Of a stretch of 64,000 bases of DNA, positions 1 through 11,400 are shown piece after piece; position 1 is the first letter of the stretch; every line of letters begins with the position of its first letter. A program made the translations under genes and the position numbers. Source of the stretch: Lingula anatina. Its lineage: Eukaryota; Animalia; Brachiopoda. The stretch covers positions 16,306,001-16,370,000 of the forward strand of contig CM120641.1 in assembly GCA_051362555.1 (NCBI GenBank), read 5' to 3'. The notes below the pieces were generated by a model that saw only the letters and a program-made list of their open reading frames with translations, was not told the DNA's origin and did not search any database.

Positions 1-804
1 TTTGCCTCTTGGCTTTCATTAGCCTGTATGTTTCTATAGCTTTTTCTCTTTCCCCATCTACGAGTCTCTGCTGTGCAAAAGATAAATGTTTTCTTTTAAC
101 AGTTTGTCCAACCTCTCTTGACTTTGGTCCAAACACAGACTTATTAATATTGTGAGACTGATTGTCCCGAATAACTTCTTTCAGTAGTAAGGATTTTCGT
201 CCAGGCTGAAAAGAGAAAATTGTAGCAAATGAATCGATCAACCAGTTATCATGGCATTCCATGTTATCAATCAAGAAAACTATCATTAAAAAAATTGCAA
301 AACAATCAGAATATGTATGTATGCTGTAGTTTTGACATTATTTTTGAGAATTCAGTTGTAGGAAGACAATTTCTACATAACCACGATTTTCTTTTTTATT
401 TTGTGGCAAAGAATTTATAGAAACAAAAATGTACTTTGTGCATACCCCACACATAAACCTATACATGCACAAATATATCCAGAGATTGAGAGTATTGGTT
501 AACACTTGTCTAATATTTTAATTCAGACGCTAAGCACCAAGCACATCAGGCCTTACGAAGATCTGAAAATCAATATATTATGCACAAAAATCCCAATTAT
601 CAAGCTTCTAGATATATTAACTGCCTTTACCTACAAAATGTATTTCATTAGTATTGTTTACATGGAGACAAAATGGATATAATAGAAACACCAACCTTGG
701 CAATGTCAGAAGCTTGCTTGGGTTTTGCTGTCAATGTTGGGGGCTCCATGGCTACTTCGCCAAATTTCACATTATCTAAATTCAATAAAAAAAATAATAA
801 TCAC

Positions 805-847
<43 letters not shown>

Positions 848-2960
848 TTATAATAAAAACAAATATAATCCTCAAATTAACATTGGATCACCTACAAAAT
901 TTGATAACAATAATCATGATAAAAACTCATTAAGAGGTCAAATATTGGATCCAAATCAAAATATTATAAAGATTTAAGTAAACAAAAGATCAAAAGTAAA
1001 CATCTCATGTAACACATTTAAATTAGATAAACTCCTGTTTTATGCAATACTCTTACCCTCCAGTTTTTCAAAGCCTGTTGCCTTTTTTTCAACTTTATTT
1101 GTCTTCTGTATTTTCTGTTTGACTTTTCTTTCCTTCTGCCTCCTGAACAAGAATTTGTGTAAAATTTTCCACAAAGTTAGCATAATAATAGTAATAATAA
1201 CATTACTATTATTATTATTATTGTTGTTGTTGTTTTAAGCCTATAATCCAAATTTTGTCTGTAGACTTTACAGTGCAACTTGAATAAGGAATAAAAAAGG
1301 CCAGTAAAAAATTGATTAAAATAGGAAAAATTGATAAAAAAACAAATAATATAAAATTAAAAAATGTGACTTCATCACTCACTTTGAAAAGTCAAAATTT
1401 GTAAAAATTCGATTCATAAATTTCTAAAAAAGGTTGTTATCCCTTTACAATAAAATTTACTCTAAATTGAATCTGAAATTAATTTTTGGTTTCAAAAGAA
1501 ATTTTTGTACTCACTCCCTTTTTCTTTCACTTATTTTTTTCTTTTTCTTCTTGACTTTAACTTCTCCTTTTTCAATGGCATTAAGATCCACCTGAAGATT
1601 AAAGCATACACAGTGGGGGATATACAAATCCATGTGCAATTCTAAATATGCAAGCATTTGAAAGATTGCAGAAACATATCTAAGGTTAACGGCATCTTAC
1701 AATGTTAAATTATGCTGTCGTTTTTGGTTTTTTCAAAATTATTTTCACAAAGAATAATGTTTATTTGTTTTTCAAAACTTTATAAAGTCATCACCAATAT
1801 GTAGTGGAAGTGAATAATTACCTGTGTGCATATATACACTAGCACATAAATAATGACTTAAACACCAGAAATGTAATATTTTACTCTTCCATCTATTTTT
1901 ACTTTGATCTCAATTATTTAAAAACCTAATTAGCTTGATTGCATTGCTGGTGCTTGTAATGCATACAAAAAATAACAAGTTACTTTATATTTGTCTTCAA
2001 ATTGTGCTTTTGCGATGACTTCTTGGGTTTCTCTATCCATTCTATTAAAGAATGCATGTTCGCTCTCGCCTTTTCTCTGTTTAAATTTTGGAACAGCTGG
2101 CAATGGCTTTGTCATTCCCTTTTCCATCATTGGCTCTTGTATCCCTGCTCTTTTTTTCTCTTGATCATGAAAAGAAACAATTGTTTAAGAATTCTAGTGA
2201 AATCCTGAGCACCATAGAGTGAACAAGCTGCTCCTAAGTGATGGTGTTTGCTATGGTTGAATAACTGACTACTTTCTTATGCTTAGTTATTTTATTGAAC
2301 TGCCCTTATTGACTTTTCATGTGTGGGTATGTGCATGCAAGTCAAGAGGATGGTTGAAAGAGTGGTCATGTTCTTACTTTTCTTTCTGTTCACTGGTAGC
2401 AGCTTAAACTCCATTAATTCAACAACCTTCCTTGGCATTTCTTGTTCTTCAAAGTTGACAGGTTTGGAATTTACAGGTTTCACCTCCCTTGTTGGAAACA
2501 AATTAAACTCAGTCAAAGTGTATAATAATGATAGTATCAATACTCACTAAATGTAAAATGAACTTTTAGCTGCAGTGTGAAAACTATATGATATCTTTTG
2601 TGATATTTTACTAAAAATAAAATGATAAAACAATTGCATGTTTATTAGTCACTTTTAATTAGAGGCAATAATACAAATGGGGATCTTGGATCGTAGAAGT
2701 TGGTGTAAGGTGTTTTTCCAAGTAGGCTTTTGGATTATGATATGCAAAACAATATGCATATAAGCTTAGATATCATAAAATAAAGCATTGAAAATCTCTA
2801 TCTCTGAAATCGACAATTTGCATTTTGCAGCCATTAAATCCATGATGCACCTTTCAAATTCTGTATACCTGTCTTTCCCCCTCTTTCCAACATAAAATGG
2901 ATCAATTGCTTTAATCTTCTTGTGCTTCTTGCTCTTTTGTAGTTTTCCTAGCCTTCCCAT
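1..2960 (-). CDS. CCDC137: Coiled-coil domain-containing protein 137 (3' end outside window)
   Basis: GT-AG exons in phase: 2960-2869, 2487-2378, ~2159-1984, 1591-1515, 1142-1057, 775-~696, ~206-1. Peptides VNSKPVNFEEQEMP, VPKFKQRKGESEHAFFNRM, DNVKFGEVAMEPPTLTAKP, PGRKSLLLK and ERE-KAIETYRLMK match recalled human CCDC137 blocks (VPKFKQRKGES, DTVKFGEVVLQPPELTA, ERERAVQAYRALK). Confidence 0.9.
806..846. repeat. (AAT)n microsatellite in CCDC137 intron
   Basis: About 13 consecutive aat units. Confidence 0.95.
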
Positions 2961-3116
2961 TTTGGCAGAACCGAGTCAAATTAGCAAACAGGTGCAAGTT
3001 TAGCTTTTCAGCATCCACGCGCACATGGGGGAATCCCTATGACCTACATACGGGTCACACTGCCCTTTGACGTCATAGAGGTCAAACAGAAGGGAATCCA
3101 CGATGTGACATTTGTT
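2961..3116. promoter_or_regulatory. Compact bidirectional promoter CCDC137/OXLD1
   Basis: Divergent ATGs at 2960(-) and 3117(+). Locally CpG-richer, with a palindromic CRE TGACGTCA at 3068-3075 and AGGTCA/TGACCT half-sites. Confidence 0.7.
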
Positions 3117-4194
3117 ATGTCTTTCGCAATAAAATTATGCACAAGGAATGTAACAAAACCGTCTGTTTATGCTTCAGTGGTAAGTTAATGGGTTTGTTTA
3201 TCTGACACAGGTTGCCGAGGGTTTTTGGCAGACTTAAAAACATTGTCTCTCTTCCATTTTTCTTTATTTATATAATTATCAACGTTGATAATAATAATTA
3301 AAAAAAAAAACAAAACAATTATTACTGGGTCTACATTATGTGCCTGGTGCTATCTCTTAAGCAGTACTGTGAATGCTTCTTGAATATCATTCTGTTCCTC
3401 TAAATCATAAATGGTCTATATATTGAGACTGCATAGAAATGTCAATGTCTGTACTGTACATGTAGTCTCATAAAAGTTGCGCTGAATAATGTAATTATGT
3501 TACTGCCTTTGTAAAGACGGGAACAGTGCCCCCACATCATCGTTATCAATAAACTGAGCTAATATAGTTAGCTCTCCTTAGGCATGTGAATAGTTGATAT
3601 TCATCCTAAAATACATGTACGTGTATGTATTACAAAAGCTTCAAAGTATCCTTTTGGATATGACTATTATGAAACTTCTAGAGATACTGTACAATGTAGT
3701 TAATCTGGTACAAATGAACACCACACTGCTTGAGAAAGGAAGGGAAATCATTCAAGGCCCTAATTCTTTTGTAGGTTTTAATGAAACCAGTGGTTCAAGA
3801 TTCAACAAAAAATTGCTTGTGTACTAGTATCCAAAGAACCATTACAACAGTACAAAAGCCTCCATCATCTTTTCGGAAACCTAGATCTAAAAAAGACGAA
3901 GAGAAAGACATTGCAAATTCTCCACACTTCCAGACACTTGTAGAGGACACGCACCATGAAGATGAAAAGCGAGCACACGCCACACTGGACCTAGTCCCGG
4001 GTAAGGGCCCCCCTCCTGAACCACCGACCTACTGCTGCATGAGTGGGTGTGCCAACTGTGTATATCTGACATATGCACAAGAGCTCCTGGACTATTATAA
4101 AGATGGTGGCGAAAAAGCAAAGCAGGCCATCAAGGAGCAAGTTAAAGATCCAAACTTACAGATGTTCTTGTTGATGGAAATGAATTTACTGTAG
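3117..4194 (+). CDS. OXLD1: Oxidoreductase-like domain-containing protein 1, copy A
   Basis: Exon 1 3117-3179 (MSFAIKLCTRNVTKPSVYASV|gtaagt) joins exon 2 3775-4194 in phase 0. Signature PPEPPTYCCMSGCANCVY...YAQEL...DPNLQMFLLME. Basic, hydroxylated N-terminus resembles a mitochondrial presequence. Confidence 0.9.
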
Positions 4195-5169
4195 ATTGAG
4201 TTACTTTTGGACTGTGGTGACTCTGGGATAGAATGTACATGTACTTACTGGTATGACATTGGTAAACAGGTGATGGTGTGTCAGCATATACTGTATTTAA
4301 GTATTTTTGCCACAAAGCATTGCTTATAATGGCTAAAAAAACTGGGCATGCACATTCATGTACTACTTGTATTAGTAGTAGCTATTTCTACAAATGTTAA
4401 GTTATGTTTTTATGAACTATTAACCTGAACCAGATGCATTTTGTTGATATTATGTTATTTTTTTTGTAAAGTAGTATTTATTGGTAATCATATTTATTGA
4501 AAAAAGTAGACAGAATTTTACTAGTGCCTGAGATTGTCAGATATTTTACATTTTATAAGCTTTTTGCATTTTTTCAGCACAAGGCTCAGAGCATATTGTC
4601 ACATTTTATCCTATTATACTTATGCCAGTACTAGTAAATTGTTACAGACAGAATTGTGTTTGGGTTCTTATATCTCTTTCTAAATGATAAATATGAACAC
4701 TTAATATAAAGTTTTACACAGTGCCATATATTAAAAAGCAAAACAAAAAATATTTGAATCAATACAAGTCCAAGATGATGTTCACTGTGGTACTTCATTT
4801 GACAGTTAATTTTTTTTCCTACTTTGATATAAAATGGGTCATATTGCTAAAGAAAGTTTTAGCTCATCTCTTATTTTTATACATCGGGGGGAGGGAAAGA
4901 AAAAACTGGTGTTTGCAATCAATTTATAATTACATCCTTCTTCCGTTTTCTTAATGTGCATAATGTCTTGTTTCTCATCCTGATCATTGCACAACGCTGA
5001 ACCATTCCCATGTTTACAGAGGCATTACCTCATTAAAATTCAAGGAAACATCCAAGAATTCACACAGCATATTTACATGACTTCTCTCATACATGTTGTA
5101 TGTAAACTTCAGTCCCTATTCTGAATAAAATTCCTTTTCTACAGGAAGAAGTCCTGTTGGTTGTTGGAA

Positions 5170-5520
5170 ATATGTTCAAACAATATTTACATTTTGACAT
5201 TGAATTCTTGACACAAATTCATGCAATTTACCATCATATCACATACAGTTTGATAGCACAGACTATATGTAGGTCATGTTTGTGAGCTTCAAGGTGAAAG
5301 GGACACATCCTAGCACATGTTCAAACAATAAATAAGTTATTCATGCATGTTATTTTTTGACGCTGCGTCCTTAGAATAAGTAGCACAAATGCATGCAATT
5401 TAGCATCTTATCACTTCCAGTTTGACGTCACAGACTATGAAGGTCATGTTTGTGGGTAGAAGCTGTGGGCGTCAAGGTTAAAGGTAGTAGGTAAAATGTT
5501 CAAGATATAAATAGGTTCGC
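5170..5520 (+). repeat. Imperfect ~175-bp tandem duplication upstream of OXLD1 copy B
   Basis: cacaaattcatgcaattt...cagactatatgtaggtcatgtttgtg...tcaaggtgaaagg (5212-5300) recurs as cacaaatgcatgcaatttt...cagactatgaaggtcatgtttgtg...tcaaggttaaagg (5384-5485). The second copy contains TGACGTCA at 5423. Confidence 0.75.
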
Positions 5521-5596
5521 AAAGCAGACAGCAAGATATTGTCAGCATTTCTTTAGCAGCATTTGTGTTGAATTTGGTTTTGTCGAATTTTGAGCT

Positions 5597-6457
5597 ATGT
5601 CACTAAGACATGTTGGGGCCAGATGTTCAGTCAGCTTTTGTCAGGTAAAGTCATTTTCTTTGTTATCATTAATGACTTCTGATATCTTTTTCAAAAAAAC
5701 TCCAACAATTTAAAATTGTAAATATTATAAGAATTTTAATGTTATAATGTATTTTTTTTCGATTGCTATTAACATTACATCATTCTGTAAAATTAAAAGC
5801 CATTAAAAGCCTCCGTGATTGATTTCATACATGACATGATGTACACTTTTTCCAAGACGATTTCTTGTGTTTAAATATTTTAAACCATACAAGCGTACAT
5901 CTTTCAATGCAAATGAGTTAAAAATTGCTATATTTTGTCACAGAAAATGTCTACGTGTACTACTTGTACATAACCTTAGTTTGGTATTGATTTTAATTTG
6001 AAATAGTTGTAATAGGATTATTATTATATTGTATTTTGAGTCACTTTTGAGCAGCAAAAGTAATGAAAAAGCCCTTAAAATAGCAGACAAATGAAATATA
6101 CTATCAAATTTTTAGAATATACTGAAACAGAAGCTACTTGTTTCGGGAGGTGGCAGTATAAAGACTCTAACAGTGCAAAGTAGAGCACCAGGAAAAGTGA
6201 AAGATGAAAATATGGGTTCACAGCAGAAACTGAACAGCAATGCATCTGTGGATGCAATGCCAGGGAAGGGCCCACCACCAGAACCACCAATTTACTGTTG
6301 CATGGAGGGGTGTCCTGACTGTGTATATCTGAAATACGCAAATGATCTGATTGCATATTATGAGAATGGAGGAGAGAAGGCAAAGATGGAGATTGAAAAA
6401 AATGTACAAAACCCGCACATACAGACCCGCGTGTTGAGCCAGTCTGGGCTGATATAG
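5597..6457 (+). CDS. OXLD1: OXLD1-like tandem paralog, copy B
   Basis: Exon 1 5597-5644 (MSLRHVGARCSVSFCQ|gtaaag) joins exon 2 6116-6457 in phase 0 and the frame is open to TAG. Motif PGKGPPPEPPIYCCMEGCPDCVYLKYANDLIAYYENGGEKAK is collinear with copy A. Confidence 0.8.
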
Positions 6458-8403
6458 ACCCGTTTAATTTAAGTATACAATAAGCTGTGATATTTGTCAC
6501 TTCTTTATTTTACAAAAAAGTGGCCAATTTAAGGATTTATATTTTTGAATTCAGATTAAGAGCAGAAGCATTGAGAATCAAGTATTTGTACAAGTCACTT
6601 TTTAGACTTCTTAAAAGACCCAGTATTTAACATTTACTGGGTCCTACTTATAGATAAGACTGTAAAAAACTGACTTCTGAGCTTTCATGAGAGAATGAGG
6701 AGAAATTGGTTAACATTTATCCAACTTCAAAGCAACAATACTCAGTTCATAAAGGCATTGTATAATCCTTTAAGCTAACAGACAGATTTATATCTATCCA
6801 TATTAAAATTGGAGACTTTTAAATGAAATAGAGCACGACGTTTGAACTTTCGTGAGAAAGTGTGGAAAAATGGGGAAATCTATCCTACTTCTCAGGAGAA
6901 AATACTCATTATGGAGCCAACATAATAATAAATATTATCCACACAACAGAAAAAAAGGGAAACTTCTAGAAGACCTGACGTTTACATGTGCCAGAAATAA
7001 TTCTCTTGACAAAGTATGACTGAGAATGCGCATGTAGACAAATGAATCATGACTCAATACCCTTACGGAACTGCATACAGGAATACATGACAAATTACAC
7101 ATCTAAATATACTTAGAATGATGTTTAACACTGCAGGATCCACACACTTCCTGTGAATAGGTAATTAACAGACATGAAGTAATGTGCAACTGCATGTAAA
7201 TTTACCATGTGATAGGCAGTAGTGATGCTAGCATGTTGCCTATTTCCCTGTACTTGTAACTACTTCTAAGTAGGTTAATGTAAAATTGACAATATACCTT
7301 CATTTGAAAGACTAGTGTGAAGAAAGCAGTTGATAGGCATGTAGAACTTTAGAATGAGCCTAGGCAAGCCATATGACAGCAATCTTCCACTTGCTGCGAA
7401 ATGAAAATTAATGGTTTTCATGTCCTTTTACAATTACATTACTTTTTTTTGTTATTAACTATGTGAAGTGTATGTTACATTTATTTACATCTCTCTTTTA
7501 ATCTAATTGTCAATTTGCAGTGATGCATTGCCTAGAACACCAGGTCTTTTTTTTAGAATTTACCTTTAAAAGTATCACAAGTCACTTGACAATCAATGTT
7601 ATTAGCTGCTTAATCAAGCATTTCACCATTTATATTGCACTTATTTCCCTTTTGATCATATTTTTATTTCCATCTTTATAGCATATGTTTTTATAAACAA
7701 TTTAAGCAGGTTTCCCAGATTCAGTGCAATGGATCTGCAGGGTACATCTTATTTATATGTAATAAACAAAACATTCAATACCTTTGCATAGTGATTTTTC
7801 ATTTAAAATTAAGTTTCATTAAAAAAACTTGATGAATAATTATTACGCAAGGAAATGATTTTATTGCATTTTTGCATCAGTGTCACATGCAATAAGGTTA
7901 CTGCAGTAATTTTATTGACCTTATGCAGATACATGAACCCTCATGAATACAGAATCTCACACTAAAAAAGCCTTCCTTCTGTAAGCACATTTTCAGATGT
8001 CCATTTACGTAACAGCACAACAAAAGGTCCTAAAAATTTGACTCTGGATTTAATCTTATATGACAGTTCATTTAAAAATAGTTCACTTTTATACTAAAAG
8101 ACTGAGAACAGCACAATTAAGTCATACAAGCACAATGCTTTTTTATATATGATACTTCATCTTTACAAAGACATCAACTGCAACCATTTTTTTTACCTTT
8201 AAAAATATGCATTCTCATAACATAACATTCATGTTCTCCATGTTTTGAAGATAATGGTCACCATACTCAGTTTTGACAACACAAGTAGCCACCATTATGT
8301 CCAGCATGTTAACTATTTGGATGAAGACCTATCACAGATCACATGCCGACTGTACTAACAGTACTTTTATGTAAATGTTCCCTCGGCAATATATATATAT
8401 ATG

Positions 8404-11400
8404 TCACGTTGTGTCCATTTCCCCAGTTTCTTCTTCTCTTGACACACCAGCAGAAGTATCACAGGTGATCTGTATTTCTGAAAGCAAAGAAAATGTTTCT
8501 GGATCAAGTGGGTTCTCAAATACTTCAATGACTTCCAACAATGTTATAAAATGTTGAAAAAAAAACTTCATGGAGAAAGTGACAACTGTGTGAATCTTTA
8601 TCTTATGCGTCTATACACCAAATTTACAATTAAACATTCATTTGGGGTCTCAGATTGAAAACTAGAGATCATGAGCACACGCCAACCCCTTAAAGAATCA
8701 CAAACACTTGTATCCCCTCCCCCACATGTTGATCCTATTGTGCAGAGCTATACAGTACTGCATGGACAGCCATATTACACAAGGATCTTTACTGTCAGCT
8801 CTGATACAAGCATCAGCAAAGATCTATTATACTGATGTAATCACAGAGCATATTAATTCACAAGTGGTTGTGATTTTTGAATGCATGCGCTTTCAGACCT
8901 TTTACCGATTCATCATTGACCCTACTGATACTAGAATAACTAATTCATACACATGTATTAAGTTACAAAATAGTACGTTACAGCTTAATACATAACTTAC
9001 TTCCATATCTTCAATATCAATCAGTCTTCAAAATGGTCTACATGTTTTTACACATTACTACACACGAGTTATAAAATATCATTATTCTATGACTTACTCT
9101 GAATAATCTCCCTGAAAGCTTGAGAAGCTGGGGAATCTGGAACTTCTGACAGGTATGATTTCCCTTCATCACAGCACTTTCCTAGAGACAAAATACTTAA
9201 ACATAAACCACCTTCTGACTAAAACTTTCTTATACTTAAACTGACAAACACCACAGCATGTTGTTTAAATCAAAGGCTTATGGTGACAAATATAATGAAT
9301 TTTAATCATCCCAACAAGCTTTCTTCTGGTCTTGACTTGTATTGGTGTCTAGGACATTATTCCCAATCAAGTTGTGACTGCTTGAAGAGTCTACCTCAGC
9401 AAAATGTGTGGCAGCCATTTCTAAGCACAGAGCCTTAACTGAAGTCCTCTGTTCTCTCGCCACTACAGTAATGAGTTGTATCCTGTGAGACTGGCATTCT
9501 AAGGTTAAGATGGGTAATCACACAGTTTGCTGAGATAGTATGTGATAAATGGAGCTGACACAACTAACTGTAATTCTGCATTATAAATGCCTTTTATATA
9601 ACCTTGTAACTTACCTATTCGTGGGTCTAGAGGTAGCCTTCCTAGGAATGGAACCTGCATGTCTTGGCACATCTTTACAGCACCCCCTGTTGTTGGTGGA
9701 AAAATCTGGGATTCAATCTGAAACCAGTGTAAAAGGATGTCGTCAAAAAACATAGATATTAAATATTTAAATGTTTCTTAATTGTCCTCTAAAATTTTAT
9801 CAACACTGCATAGCCTTTTCCAGTTTTGCAGAAAAATATAATAAGACTAGTTTATCTATCCATGTTACTGCATTAAAAAGAACAAAGTCACTGAGAAATT
9901 AAATGGCAATGGCATCCTTCCCAAATCAAATGAAGACTTTTATAAGTGGCATATACCTTACAGTTTGGACAGACAAAGCCACTCATGTTTTCCACCACAC
10001 CTATCACAGGTAAGTCAACTTTCTTGCAGAAGTTAATCTCCTTTCTCACATCCAGAAGTGACACCTCCTGTGATCAAAAATAAACAAAATTTGTCAAATA
10101 GTTTTAGTTCTTAGTTCTGGATAAAGTTCCCAACCATTTTATATTACATAACACAAAGTCAAAGGAATAAATCAAAGTAATATCTTAACATATACATTAA
10201 AAATACCAGAAAGACAAGACAAAATAGTTTTAAAAATATCACACATATATAGAACACTTAAAAAAACAAAGATGAGTTAATATTTAAAGAGACATTAATT
10301 TCTATTTTAAAAACTTCCCAGACCTTACCTGGGGTGTTGTGATGATAACAGCGCCATCTACATTAGCAGCACTTAGGTACTGTACAACAGACAGGTGTTC
10401 ATCTGAGGTACCAGGTGGTGTGTCTATCACCAGGTAGTCTATCTCTCCCCAATCAACATCTCTTAGAAACTGCTTGATGAGACCTGCAGAATGAAATCCA
10501 CATTTAATGAAACCCAAACGTGATTATACAATGTTAATGAGGAATACCAGCCCGCTTGGCGCCAGGTGTCGCTAGTGTGAATTCAGTCCTTCCACAGTCG
10601 CCATGTTGGATATTATATACGTTGGACTGTGGTACTGGCCTTAATAAACATGCCTCAGTATTGTTGTGTACCTGAATGTCAAAGTCGGCAAGGTGGGCAT
10701 AATTTTCTTGAGGATTCAGGGCTTCGTTTGAAGTGAAGGGTTGCCCATGTCAAAACACCTTCCATGTTAAAGGGACAGTTACAACTTGACCCAGGCACAG
10801 TAATTAGGCCCCTAAAGATAGACAAGTTGCCTCAAAAAGAATACACGTAAAAAGGTTAATTGATCTTGGCAAAACTTATGAAGTTTTGGAAAGAGAGCTC
10901 CATAGCAAGAAAGTGCCCCTAGGAAGTATGATTTATCAAAGTGCGTTTTCTTATGTCCGTAATTTCAGAAGAGTTGTCAGTAAATATATATAAGTGCCGG
11001 TAGCCTACTACCTGCATAAGGTTGTGTTATTAAGTAATATCCTTTTTTATTGGTGTATTGAGCATGACCGGTAATGTTAATTAAATAATTATTTTTATTT
11101 AAAATCATTATTCAGTACCTCGTAAGAATCATAAAACTAGGTATAATTAGATAATTTATTTGTTCATGTATAGATGCAATTTCTCAGCCAATGGAATAAT
11201 TAATGCATGTTTGGAAATCTTTTTGTAACAGTTTAAGAAATAAAATTTAAAGAAAGAAAACATTTTATAAATGAACAGTTTTTGTTCTTTTTTTTTTTAC
11301 AAAATAGCACTTCTCAATTGTTTTACTTGAGTAGAAACACCATATTATTTCATCGCTCTGAAAATTCATTAAAAAGCAGCAAAACCAAATATTTAAACAA

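Noticed and set aside
673-933. Poly-Asn ORF
   Set aside because: Antisense to a CCDC137 exon and runs through an (AAT)n microsatellite.
6075-6500. Minus-strand ORFs over the OXLD1 copies, and similar shadow ORFs over tektin and the LINE
   Set aside because: Antisense or alternate-frame shadows of real coding exons with no independent support.
8660-8830. Intronic hairpin (gatcttt...ctgat/atcag...aaagatc) considered as a snoRNA or miRNA
   Set aside because: No convincing C/D or H/ACA boxes and a short imperfect stem. An Infernal/Rfam search would be needed.
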